Positions 40,879 to 50,290 of a stretch of 51,372 nucleotides of DNA are shown piece after piece. The DNA comes from a virus (taxonomy: Duplodnaviria > Caudoviricetes): positions 1 to 51,372 of IMG/VR virus record IMGVR_UViG_3300032224_001707; one strand, given 5' to 3'. The notes below the pieces were generated by a model. It was not told the origin of the DNA, did not search any database, and saw only the letters and a program-made list of their open reading frames with translations. The translations under genes and the position numbers were made by a program. Position 1 is the first letter of the stretch; every line of letters begins with the position of its first letter.

Positions 40879-42690
40879 ATGAATATAGATGAAGATGTAA
40901 AATTAAAAGACTTACAAGTTAAGTTACAACAGGTTGAGACTGTTATGCCATTGCCATTCAGTCAACCTATGCGAGAAAGTTTTCCTTTATATAAGATATT
41001 CGGCGAAAATGGAGATTATTATCCAAAAGAAAAAGACACAATCAAAAAGTGGTTAAAATTATCTGAAGAAATAGAAAAGATATTAAAGAGCATACAACAA
41101 TTAGATAATCCCGCAATAATTACTGCGGTTGGTAAAAATAAATTATATCAAAATTATGCTGATATAAAGGCTAGAATTGAATTAGCATCTGGTACTAGTG
41201 TAACATTAGCAAATGTAACATCTGCAAAACCAACCGGATTTATTCATCAAGACATCAAAAAGTTCTATGAATCATTCAATAAGAGTGGTTATGCCAGTAA
41301 AGATAAGAAAAAAGAAAACACTGCTGATGCGGTGTTGTTATATAATTGTAGTATATCAGAAATTCAAATTGCTTTAAAAGATAGAAAAGTAAGTGGTACC
41401 AACGAAAGTTTGTGTGAAATAACTGGTACTGGAAAGAAATTCGCAATGGTTTCTTTAAAAGCTGGTGGGGATAGTTATCGCATTGGTAGAATGAAAGGTG
41501 CTTTTGATATTTTACCAGATAAATTAAGTTTTTCTGGTACACCTGCACAAAGAGAAAAATACTATCAATGGTTACAATCACAACAACCAGATGGAAAACC
41601 AATTGAAAAAGATCCACGCAGTGTATTTAGTGGTGGTGCTCCTGTATTTGAAGAAATTTATATTGGTAAAACATTACTAACTGAAATCGAATTTATATCA
41701 TCTTTAAAGTCATCACTCAATAGAATTTCATCAAAAATTGGAGATTTGTCTGCGGAATTGACAAAAGGATGGTCTGATTTTATACAAAAAGTTAAAAATA
41801 CTGTTGTTAAAATATTTGGTAATATTGAACAAAAATGTCAAGAAGACATGAATTATGCTAGAAATCAATATTCCACTATGTTTAATAGTTGGGATTCTAT
41901 TGAAAAAGAAATTGGGGTTTTATCTGAAGCAAGAGAATCTGATGAAGAATTGGTAAAGATGACGGATTCATTAAAGAAAAATGTCGCAATCTTTATTCAA
42001 CAAATCAATAGAATTCAACCAGATTCATTATTTAATACCATAAATGAAAAAGTAAGATTAATTGATAATAAGAATTTGTTTATGGTTCAACTTACTGGTA
42101 CTACACCAGAAGATGTAAAACAAGTCAAGAATGCTTCTATTAAGGTTTATAACGATTACTTTAATCCATCTACTAAAGGTGACGTTCCAATGAATAAAGG
42201 TGCTTTTAGACCAATGAACATCTTTAATTCTAACATTGCGGCTATTACATTTTATGAAAAGTTCATTGAACGATTTATGAATGTGGGCAATGAAGCTCAA
42301 ATCAAGAAAGAATTTATTCAATTTGCAAGTCAAATATCTGCCGAAGCAATCTTTGGTAACAATGATAGTTTACCGCTTGTAGTATTTAATGGTAAGACAA
42401 TTAACAGAATGGGAACCAAGTCTGAATTTTCAAGTGGCAAAAAGTTGATTGATGCAAGTGAAAATAAGGATTTTAGACTTAGTAAGTTTGAAGTAAGTAA
42501 AAATAAAGAGGGAACATATTTCGTTGTATATTTATATATTATATTTGATATACGAGAAGAAGAAGAAAATGGAAAAGTAGAAGTAAAACCATTTTATTCT
42601 GCAATTGAATTGAGAAATGAAAGAGGAAGTAAGTTTTCTTTCAAAACAGAAATTCACCGTTCCAATTTAAGTGAAGAGGATGTATTTTAA
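40879..42690 (+). CDS. Hypothetical protein with possible PD-(D/E)xK-type nuclease motif
   Basis: NTADAVL...MVSLKAG; TATTTATA upstream. Confidence 0.5.
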   Translation: MNIDEDVKLKDLQVKLQQVETVMPLPFSQPMRESFPLYKIFGENGDYYPKEKDTIKKWLKLSEEIEKILKSIQQLDNPAIITAVGKNKLYQNYADIKARIELASGTSVTLANVTSAKPTGFIHQDIKKFYESFNKSGYASKDKKKENTADAVLLYNCSISEIQIALKDRKVSGTNESLCEITGTGKKFAMVSLKAGGDSYRIGRMKGAFDILPDKLSFSGTPAQREKYYQWLQSQQPDGKPIEKDPRSVFSGGAPVFEEIYIGKTLLTEIEFISSLKSSLNRISSKIGDLSAELTKGWSDFIQKVKNTVVKIFGNIEQKCQEDMNYARNQYSTMFNSWDSIEKEIGVLSEARESDEELVKMTDSLKKNVAIFIQQINRIQPDSLFNTINEKVRLIDNKNLFMVQLTGTTPEDVKQVKNASIKVYNDYFNPSTKGDVPMNKGAFRPMNIFNSNIAAITFYEKFIERFMNVGNEAQIKKEFIQFASQISAEAIFGNNDSLPLVVFNGKTINRMGTKSEFSSGKKLIDASENKDFRLSKFEVSKNKEGTYFVVYLYIIFDIREEEENGKVEVKPFYSAIELRNERGSKFSFKTEIHRSNLSEEDVF

Positions 42691-42692
42691 TT

Positions 42693-43298
42693 ATGAACAT
42701 CAAACGAATATTTTTAGAAGCATTAGAACAAGCAAGTACCGACATTTCAATTGAAAACGGTATATTTGATATTTCTAAACAAGAACATATTGAAGTATTG
42801 AGAGAATATTTGTTGAATTCAAATATTGATCATAACATTGTAAATCAATATTTGAATAAAATGCTTGAAGGTAAATATCCAGAAAGACAAGCATACAATT
42901 CAAATGGTATTCTTGTTACATTTCCAACTCCTGAATACAAACAAAAAGCGATTGCTCGTGGTACCCATTTTGAAGAAAATCCAAAAAGGGGACAAGCCAA
43001 TGTATTTGTTGGAGATGAACAGCCAGAACAACCAAGTGGACAACAAATTGAATTTGAACCACAACAAACACAACCTGTTCAACAAGCAGAACCACAAAAA
43101 CCAACGAGTGACGATAGAACTCCTGAAGAAAAAGAACAAGATGTTGTAGCAATTGAAAAAGCATTGACTACTGAATATACTTTACAAGAAGCTTTAAAGT
43201 TTGGATTTTATAACAAAAGAAATAGTTGGTTTGATTCATCGGGAAATTATGTCGGTAAATTGTGGAATATAGATGGTAAACAACTAATTATAAAATAA
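42693..43298 (+). CDS. Hypothetical protein with Gln/Pro/Glu-rich linker
   Basis: 201-aa ORF tightly coupled to its neighbours. Confidence 0.6.
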   Translation: MNIKRIFLEALEQASTDISIENGIFDISKQEHIEVLREYLLNSNIDHNIVNQYLNKMLEGKYPERQAYNSNGILVTFPTPEYKQKAIARGTHFEENPKRGQANVFVGDEQPEQPSGQQIEFEPQQTQPVQQAEPQKPTSDDRTPEEKEQDVVAIEKALTTEYTLQEALKFGFYNKRNSWFDSSGNYVGKLWNIDGKQLIIK

Positions 43299-43688
43299 AT
43301 GAAAAACAAACAACTATTGTGTACATTTACCAATTCCAAAGAATACAATGACATTATTCAAGAAATAAAAAATTTCTATGGTGTCATCAATGGCAAAATA
43401 TTTTTGCTTTGTAATGTCAATAATCCAAAAGAATTGTATGCAACGTATAATGTAGAAGTATCACAAGGAAACCAACTAAAATTTCGTAATACTATCAGCG
43501 TTCATAGAAAAAAAGATACAAATACTCTTTATACATTGAATGCAATGAATAAATTGATTGCTGAAGAAAACAATGGTGTTTTTGATAAAACGTTCCAATT
43601 GGATTGGAATCTCTACAAAAATTCAATTATTTTAACGAGCGAAGTGTCAGTCAGAATTGTCTCCGTCAAAATTTTTGATATAATTTAA
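43299..43688 (+). CDS. Hypothetical phage protein
   Basis: 129 aa; LLCTF...HRKKDTNTLYTLNAMN. Confidence 0.65.
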   Translation: MKNKQLLCTFTNSKEYNDIIQEIKNFYGVINGKIFLLCNVNNPKELYATYNVEVSQGNQLKFRNTISVHRKKDTNTLYTLNAMNKLIAEENNGVFDKTFQLDWNLYKNSIILTSEVSVRIVSVKIFDII

Positions 43689-43833
43689 TGTAAATTGATA
43701 TTTTATATACTTTCGTTTCATATCGACGAGCATAAACAAAAAATTTCTTAAAATAAGTTTACAGGATTACATTTCGTGATAATATGTATTTATTGATGGT
43801 TAACTTTACTTGAGTGAGTAATTATTAAATTAT

Positions 43834-43865
43834 CAATTAACTAATTAAACAATTAACTAATTAAA
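43834..43865 (+). repeat. 16-bp perfect tandem repeat (caattaactaattaaa)x2 in the SSB leader
   Basis: Ends 2 nt before ATG 43868. Confidence 0.9.
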
Positions 43866-43867
43866 AT

Positions 43868-44683
43868 ATGCTAGATATATCAAAATTGAAGAGTCGTTTG
43901 AACTCTTTAACAAACCAAGGCAACAAAACCAATCTCATTTGGAAACCAAAGCCTGGTAAGCAAGTAGTTCGTATCGTTCCCTACAAGTATCAACCTGATA
44001 ATCCATTTATTGAGTTGAAGTTCCATTATAATATCAATAACAAGACTTATCTATCTCCTGATAGTTTTAATCGTCCCGATCCAATTGTTGAATGGTCTAA
44101 TCGTATGAAGAAGACCGGAAACAAGGAAGACTGGATTTTGGGTAAGAAGATGGAACCAAAGATGCGTACATATGCTCCTATCATCGTTCGTGGTGAAGAA
44201 AGTGAAGGTGTTCGTTTCTGGGGATTCGGTAAGAACGTATACCAAGAAATTCTAAGCATCATCAACGATGTTGATTACGGTGATATTACTGATTTGGTAA
44301 ACGGTCGTGATATTGTAGTAGAATTCCGCACCGCAGAAGATTCTGGTAAGTCATTCCCAGAAACTACAATTCGTGTTAAGCCAAATGCGAGTGTTGCAAT
44401 TGATGTCGCTCAAAAAGATGTCTTGGCACAACAAACAAATATTCTGGATTTGTTCCCAGAGTTTTCATACGAAGAACTAAAGGGTGTAATGAATGCGTGG
44501 TTGAATCCAGAAACTCAACCTGCTGAAGGAACTGTCAACACTATTGTTGAAGATGATGCTCCATTTACCGCACCAACAGCACCAAGTGCAGTTAAAAGTT
44601 CCACTGCATCACCAAGTGCAAAGGCATCAAAATCAAATTCGGATGATGTAGCAGCCGCTTTTGATAATTTGTTTAACACTTAA
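43868..44683 (+). CDS. Single-stranded DNA-binding protein (gp32-like)
   Basis: WKPKPG...VRIVP, FWGFGK, DITDLVNGRDI, acidic tail DDVAAAFDNLF; precedes recA. Confidence 0.8.
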   Translation: MLDISKLKSRLNSLTNQGNKTNLIWKPKPGKQVVRIVPYKYQPDNPFIELKFHYNINNKTYLSPDSFNRPDPIVEWSNRMKKTGNKEDWILGKKMEPKMRTYAPIIVRGEESEGVRFWGFGKNVYQEILSIINDVDYGDITDLVNGRDIVVEFRTAEDSGKSFPETTIRVKPNASVAIDVAQKDVLAQQTNILDLFPEFSYEELKGVMNAWLNPETQPAEGTVNTIVEDDAPFTAPTAPSAVKSSTASPSAKASKSNSDDVAAAFDNLFNT

Positions 44684-44699
44684 ATAAATTGTTTGTAAT

Positions 44700-44740
44700 G
44701 GGGTGGTAGTATATATTACTGCCACCCCTATTTTAGTTTT
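44700..44740 (+). terminator. Stem-loop / terminator between ssb and recA
   Basis: ggggtggtagta-tatat-tactgccacccc followed by tattttagtttt. Confidence 0.8.
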
Positions 44741-44748
44741 ATATTATT

Positions 44749-45900
44749 ATGAAAAAGAAAAATCAAGTTACGCAAGAAACTCCTCAAAGAGATGAGTTAG
44801 TTGAATTACTCGCAAATGAGCTAAATAAAGCCAATAAAGATGGCGGTAAAATTGCTTATTTCTTGGATGAACAGGAAAATCCAGCAGAAATTAGTGATTG
44901 GATTAGTACAGGTTCTTCTATTCTTGATTTGGCCATTAGTAATCGTCCTCACGGAGGTTTGCCGGTTGGTAAGATGGTTGAATTCAATGGATTGGAAGGT
45001 ACAGGTAAGAGTCTAGTATCAGCGCATGTTGTTGCTGATACACAGAAAAAAGGTGGTGTAGCAGTTGTTATTGACACTGAAAATGCTGCTGCTCCGGAAT
45101 TCTGGAAAAGTCTTGGTGTAGATTTATCAAAACTTTTATATGTTCAATGTGAAACTGTTGAAGATATTTTTGAAAAGATGGAACATATGATTGGAATTGT
45201 ACGTAAGTCAAACAAAGACCGTATTCTTACAATTATTGTTGACTCTGTTGCTGCAGCATCAACAAAGGCAGAATTGGAAAGTGATCATGGTAAAGATGGA
45301 TTTGCTACTGGTAAATCTATTATTATCAGTAAAGCTATGAGAAAGATTACCAATATGATTGGTAAACAGAAAGTTCTTACTGTATTCACCAATCAATTGC
45401 GTCAGAATCTAAATGCTATGGCATTCGGTGATAAGTGGGTAGTAAGTGGTGGTAAGTCACTTGCTTATCACTGTTCAGTTCGTGTACGTTTGAACAACAC
45501 AGGTAAACTCAAGAAAGGTGAAGAAGTCATTGGTAATGAATGTAAAGCAGTTGTTATCAAGAACCGTATGGGTCCACCACAACGTCAAGCTGCTTTTGAT
45601 ATTTACTTTGATAGTGGAATTGCAGATTATGGTTCTTGGATCAAAGTATTGAAAGAAAACAACTTGGTAAAACAAGGTGGTGCTTATTATACTTATAAAA
45701 AGGATGACGGTACTGAATGGAAGTTCCAGTCTAAGGACTTTGTAGAAACAATGAAAACTGACAAAGTTTTGAGTGAAGAAATTTACTTGAAGATTTGTGA
45801 TTCTGTAATCATGAAATATAAAGATCCAAATAGTATTATTGTTGATGACGCAGTTGTTGACAATGATGAAGATGCTGGTGTATCATCTGAGAATGAGTAA
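44749..45900 (+). CDS. recA: RecA/UvsX-family recombinase
   Basis: GGLPVGKMVEFNGLEGTGKS (Walker A), IDTENA, IVDSVAA, FTNQLR, KNRMGPP. Confidence 0.92.
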   Translation: MKKKNQVTQETPQRDELVELLANELNKANKDGGKIAYFLDEQENPAEISDWISTGSSILDLAISNRPHGGLPVGKMVEFNGLEGTGKSLVSAHVVADTQKKGGVAVVIDTENAAAPEFWKSLGVDLSKLLYVQCETVEDIFEKMEHMIGIVRKSNKDRILTIIVDSVAAASTKAELESDHGKDGFATGKSIIISKAMRKITNMIGKQKVLTVFTNQLRQNLNAMAFGDKWVVSGGKSLAYHCSVRVRLNNTGKLKKGEEVIGNECKAVVIKNRMGPPQRQAAFDIYFDSGIADYGSWIKVLKENNLVKQGGAYYTYKKDDGTEWKFQSKDFVETMKTDKVLSEEIYLKICDSVIMKYKDPNSIIVDDAVVDNDEDAGVSSENE

Positions 45901-46960
45901 TCTATCTGACAGTGAAAAAAAGAGGTTGTTTTCTTTATTTGATAATGTAAAACAAGAAGATAGAGTTGGAGGATTGAATAGATCCTCTGATTCTGAAATA
46001 CTAATTGTTGATTTCATGAACACTTTTATTAGAGCGTTCATGGCCTCCCCCTCCCTCAATTCCAATGGTAACCATACTGGTGGAATTGCAGGGTGCTTAA
46101 AAAGCATTGGTTATGCAGCTAAACTAATTAATCCTACAAAGATTGTAGTTGTATCTGATGGTCAAGGGGGTTCACTGAAAAGACGTAAGATTTATCCTCA
46201 ATATAAAAGTGGTAGAAAGACTAAGATTAGGCTTAATAGAGCTTATGATGATATTACTACTCCAGATACTGAAGATAAAAATCTAAAGAAACAGTTGTTA
46301 AGAACCGTTCAATATTTAGACAAATTGCCTGTAACAACAATGGCAATTGATCATATTGAAGCTGATGACACAATTGCATATTTGGCAACAGAATATTTTA
46401 AAAATAGTAATGTTACCATTATGAGTGCTGATAAAGATTTCTTACAATTAGCTGGAGATAGAGTTAAAATTTGGAGTCCAACTAAAAAGAAATTGTATGG
46501 TTGTGCAGAAATTCTATTGGAATATGGTATTAGTTGTAAGAACTTTATCAATTATAGAGTAATGGAAGGTGATGATAGTGATAATATTGACGGCATTAAA
46601 GGTGCAGGATTAAAAACTATTATCAAGTGTTATCCCATTCTTACTGAAGATAAACAATATACATTACAAGAACTATATAATTATAGTGATACTCACAAGG
46701 GTAAATTAAAGTTATATGATAGTGTATTGGAAAACAAAGATATCATGCAACGTAATTATGATTTAATGCAGTTGCATGATACTCAGATTCAATCGTTCTC
46801 GCAATTGAGAATCAATGAAATTATGGAAAAGCCAATCTGTAAACTTGATAGATTTGGTTTTAGTAAATTGTTGGTGGAAGATTGTATGCAAAATAACTTT
46901 CCAAATAGTATGATATGGTTGAATGAAGTGTTTGGAAAAATTAATTCGATGGTTCTGTAA
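45893..46960 (+). CDS. 5'-3' exonuclease / flap endonuclease (T4 RNase H-like)
   Basis: IVDFMN, YKSGR, EADDTIAYL, SADKDFLQL, GDDSDNIDGIKGAG; ATG 45893 overlaps the end of recA. Confidence 0.9.
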   Translation: MSNLSDSEKKRLFSLFDNVKQEDRVGGLNRSSDSEILIVDFMNTFIRAFMASPSLNSNGNHTGGIAGCLKSIGYAAKLINPTKIVVVSDGQGGSLKRRKIYPQYKSGRKTKIRLNRAYDDITTPDTEDKNLKKQLLRTVQYLDKLPVTTMAIDHIEADDTIAYLATEYFKNSNVTIMSADKDFLQLAGDRVKIWSPTKKKLYGCAEILLEYGISCKNFINYRVMEGDDSDNIDGIKGAGLKTIIKCYPILTEDKQYTLQELYNYSDTHKGKLKLYDSVLENKDIMQRNYDLMQLHDTQIQSFSQLRINEIMEKPICKLDRFGFSKLLVEDCMQNNFPNSMIWLNEVFGKINSMVL

Positions 46961-47020
46961 ATATTCTTGGTTTGCAGAAAAAGTATGATAGAGTTGGTGT
47001 AGTTAAATTATATTAAATAT

Positions 47021-48400
47021 ATGTCGGAAAAAATTATAGATAACCTAAAAAAATTCGGATCTGAATTCCAAATCAAATGTATTAGTGGTTTGGTGTCGGA
47101 TAAAACATTTATTGAACGAATCAGTGATATCTTGGAACCAGATAGTTTTGAGACTGATGCACATAAATTTATCGTTAAAGAAACGATTAGTTATTTTCTT
47201 CAATATAAAGATTTGCCAACTTTAGCCGTTTTTAAGGTTAAAGTCGATGGTATTGAAAACGAGTTATTGAAACAATCGGTGGTAGAACAACTTCGTTTGG
47301 TTTACCAAAAAATCAGTGATAGTGATTTGAAATATATAAAAGAACAGTTTCTTGAATTTTGTAAGAATCAAAAGATCAAGAATGCTATTATGGAAAGTGT
47401 TGACCATTTGAAAAGTGGTCAATATGATAAAATCAAACATGTAGTTGATGTTGCGATGAAAGCTGGTATGGAACGCAATATTGGACATGAATACATGGTT
47501 GATATTGAAAAACGTATGAGTCAAATGGCTCGTAAAACTGTCAAGACTAATTGGACAGAAGTAGATAGTATTATGGATGGTGGACTTGCAGGTGGGGAAC
47601 TTGGAATTATTACTGCTTGTGCTGGTAGTGGTAAGAGTTGGGTTCTTGCCAAGATGGGTGCAGAAGCAATGCGACAAGGTAAGAATGTTTTACATTATAC
47701 TTTGGAATTGAATGAAAACTATGTTGGTTTACGTTATGATGCTTGTTTTACTGGAATTGATTTCCAAAACATTCGTAACAACATTGATATTGTTAAGAAA
47801 AAGATATCGGAAGTTCCAGGTAAATTGATTATTAAGTACTTTCCAATCAAAACTGTATCTGCTCATAGTTTGAAACTTCATGCTGAACGTATTCAAACAC
47901 TTGGTACTAAAGTTGATATGATTATTGTTGACTATGCTGATATTTTACGTCCATCACAGAGTGAACGTAACAGTAACAGTTATAGTGAAGCTGGGGGTAT
48001 TTATGAGGAACTTCGTGGTGTAGCCGGTGAATTACAAGTTCCTATTTGGAGTGCTTCTCAAAGTAATCGTGCTGCTATGGATGAAGATATTATTCAGGCA
48101 AATAACATTTCTGACAGTTATCGTAAGATTATGACGGCTGACTTTGTAATGTCATTGAGTCGTAAGATGTCAGATAAACAGGCTAATACAGCACGATTCC
48201 ATGTTATTAAGAATCGGTTCGGACCAGATGGTATTACATTTCCTGCTAGAATGAATGCTGGTTGTGGTGATATCAGAATTTTTGCGGAAAATAGCCGTGA
48301 AGGTATGGGTATCTTGAATGAAATGAGTCAAGAAGAAAATGTAGTCAAGAAAATGATGAGCAACAAGTGGAATGCTCATAGTACAGAGGACAGTGAATAA
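47021..48400 (+). CDS. DnaB/gp41-like replicative helicase
   Basis: AGSGKS (Walker A), YTLEL, IVDYADIL, SASQSNR, KNRFGPDG. Confidence 0.9.
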   Translation: MSEKIIDNLKKFGSEFQIKCISGLVSDKTFIERISDILEPDSFETDAHKFIVKETISYFLQYKDLPTLAVFKVKVDGIENELLKQSVVEQLRLVYQKISDSDLKYIKEQFLEFCKNQKIKNAIMESVDHLKSGQYDKIKHVVDVAMKAGMERNIGHEYMVDIEKRMSQMARKTVKTNWTEVDSIMDGGLAGGELGIITACAGSGKSWVLAKMGAEAMRQGKNVLHYTLELNENYVGLRYDACFTGIDFQNIRNNIDIVKKKISEVPGKLIIKYFPIKTVSAHSLKLHAERIQTLGTKVDMIIVDYADILRPSQSERNSNSYSEAGGIYEELRGVAGELQVPIWSASQSNRAAMDEDIIQANNISDSYRKIMTADFVMSLSRKMSDKQANTARFHVIKNRFGPDGITFPARMNAGCGDIRIFAENSREGMGILNEMSQEENVVKKMMSNKWNAHSTEDSE

Positions 48401-48503
48401 CCTATATATCAATTTGGGGAGAAAAAGTTGTTATAAAACAAGATTTATTTAAAATTTTATTTTAGTCTTTTTCTCCCCTATTGAATAATTATTTTTTACC
48501 CAT

Positions 48504-50120
48504 ATGAATAAAGAAATTTTTATAAAGAAACGTAACGGAAATTTGGAAAAATTTAGTGCAGATAAAATCAATAAGGTTTTGCAATGGGCAACCGATGATA
48601 TTAAAAATGTAAGTTTTGAAGAAGTTGCTATGAATGCTCATCTATCATTTTTTGATAAGATGTCTTCTGGTGACATTCATACAATGTTGATTGAAGCTGC
48701 GTCAAATTTGATTAGTGAACAAAAACCCAATTATCAATATGTTGCATCAAGACTATTGAATTATAGATTACGAAAGAATGTTTGGGGTGGAAAGAATCCT
48801 CCTAAACTACATGATCTTGTTAGAGCTAATGTTGATGCATTGGTTTATGATGAAGAAATTCTAGTATGGTATACCAAACAAGAATTTGATAAATTGGATG
48901 AATATTTGCGTCATGATAGAGATCTTAACTTTACATATGCTGGTATTAAACAGTTGTGTGATAAATATCTAGTACAAAATAGAGCTACTAAGGTTATTTA
49001 TGAAACACCACAGTTTGCGTATATGCTCATTGCAATGACGTTCTTTAAAGACTATAAAGAAAACCGTCTTGAATACGTAAAGAAAGCTTATAATTATTTT
49101 AGCAAACACAAGATTAATCTGCCCACACCAATTATGGCTGGAGTAAGAACTCCAATGAAAAGTTATGCTTCATGTTCACTATTCACTGTAGATGATAATT
49201 TACGTAGTATTTTCAGTAATATCAGCGCAGTTGGTTTTGCTACTGCTAGTCGTTATGGTATTGGATTGAATTTATCAAGACTACGTGCTACAAATGCTCC
49301 AATTCGTAATGGTGAAGTAATGCATACAGGTCCAATTCCATTTGCTAAAACATTTGAAGCTACTGTAAAGAGTTGTCATCAAAATGGAATTAGGGGGGGT
49401 AGTGCCACCGTCAATTTTGCATGGTTTCATTATGACATTCTAGATATTCTTGTATTGAAGAACAATCAAGGAACTGATGACAATCGTGTTCGTAAGTTGG
49501 ACTATTGTATTGGATTAGACAAACTAATCTTTGAACGGTTCTTGAAAAATCAAGACATTACATTGTTTAGTTACCATGAATGTCCTTCACTATGGAATAC
49601 ATTTGGATTGGAAGGATTCAAGGAAAAGTATGAAAAGGCTGAAGCCAACAAGAACATTAAGTTCAAGAAGAAAGTTCCTGCTCGTGAATTGATGGGACTA
49701 CTTGCTAAAGAACGTCTTGAAACTGGACGTATTTATACAATGTTTGTGGATCACGCAAATGAACACGGTAGTTGGTTGGATCAAGTAGATACAAGCAATT
49801 TATGTTTACATCCTGATACATTGGTTTCTACTATTATTGATAATATTCCTATGAAATTATCAATTAAAGAATTGGATGACTTGTTTAAACAAAATAAAAA
49901 TATAAGTGTATTATCAAAAAATATAGACAATCAAGAAATTTCTTATAAAGAAGTTTTAAATTCAAATATAACCGGCGTTGATATGGAATTGTTAGAAATT
50001 ACAGATGAAGAATCTGGATTTACAATAAAATGTACTGAAGACCATTTAATTTTTACTAAAAATAGAGGATATGTAAAAGCAAAAGATTTAAATGAGTCGG
50101 ATGTTTTGGATATTATATAA
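48504..50120 (+). CDS. nrdA: Class Ia ribonucleotide reductase alpha subunit, N-terminal part (ATP cone to SNL), fused to split intein N fragment
   Basis: IKKRNG ATP cone, ETPQ, LPTPIMAG, ASCSL, QNGIRGGSA, SNL followed by CLHPDT. Confidence 0.92.
   Translation: MNKEIFIKKRNGNLEKFSADKINKVLQWATDDIKNVSFEEVAMNAHLSFFDKMSSGDIHTMLIEAASNLISEQKPNYQYVASRLLNYRLRKNVWGGKNPPKLHDLVRANVDALVYDEEILVWYTKQEFDKLDEYLRHDRDLNFTYAGIKQLCDKYLVQNRATKVIYETPQFAYMLIAMTFFKDYKENRLEYVKKAYNYFSKHKINLPTPIMAGVRTPMKSYASCSLFTVDDNLRSIFSNISAVGFATASRYGIGLNLSRLRATNAPIRNGEVMHTGPIPFAKTFEATVKSCHQNGIRGGSATVNFAWFHYDILDILVLKNNQGTDDNRVRKLDYCIGLDKLIFERFLKNQDITLFSYHECPSLWNTFGLEGFKEKYEKAEANKNIKFKKKVPARELMGLLAKERLETGRIYTMFVDHANEHGSWLDQVDTSNLCLHPDTLVSTIIDNIPMKLSIKELDDLFKQNKNISVLSKNIDNQEISYKEVLNSNITGVDMELLEITDEESGFTIKCTEDHLIFTKNRGYVKAKDLNESDVLDII
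49803..50117 (+). mobile_element. Split intein N fragment (105 aa)
   Basis: Block A CLHPDTLV; block B KCTEDHLIF (TxxH); RGYVKAKDLNESDVL end followed by TAA. Confidence 0.9.
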
Positions 50121-50191
50121 AAATAATTATATGTTGTATTCAAACGACTCAAAAATAACAACATTAAATTTAAAAAAAGGACTTTTGAAAT

Positions 50192-50290
50192 ATGTTAAAA
50201 ATTAAAAAAATAAAAGAAAAATCAGATGTATATGACATTACTGTAAAAGATAATAATAATTTTTATGCTAATAACATATTGGTTCATAAT
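50192..50290 (+). mobile_element. Split intein C fragment (33 aa)
   Basis: MLKIKKIKEKSDVYDITVKDNNNFYANNILVHN followed by Cys+1; own aagga RBS at 50177-81. Confidence 0.92.

Noticed and set aside
45839-45892. Upstream start extensions in the ORF track (45839, 35843, 39476, 28917)
   Set aside because: They overlap upstream genes or promoter motifs; downstream ATGs (45893, 35882, 39482, 28923) fit better.
50118-50191. Stop-codon readthrough, frameshift or group I intron joining the two nrdA parts
   Set aside because: The halves are in different frames, the spacer is only 71 nt, and both carry canonical split-intein ends plus a separate RBS.
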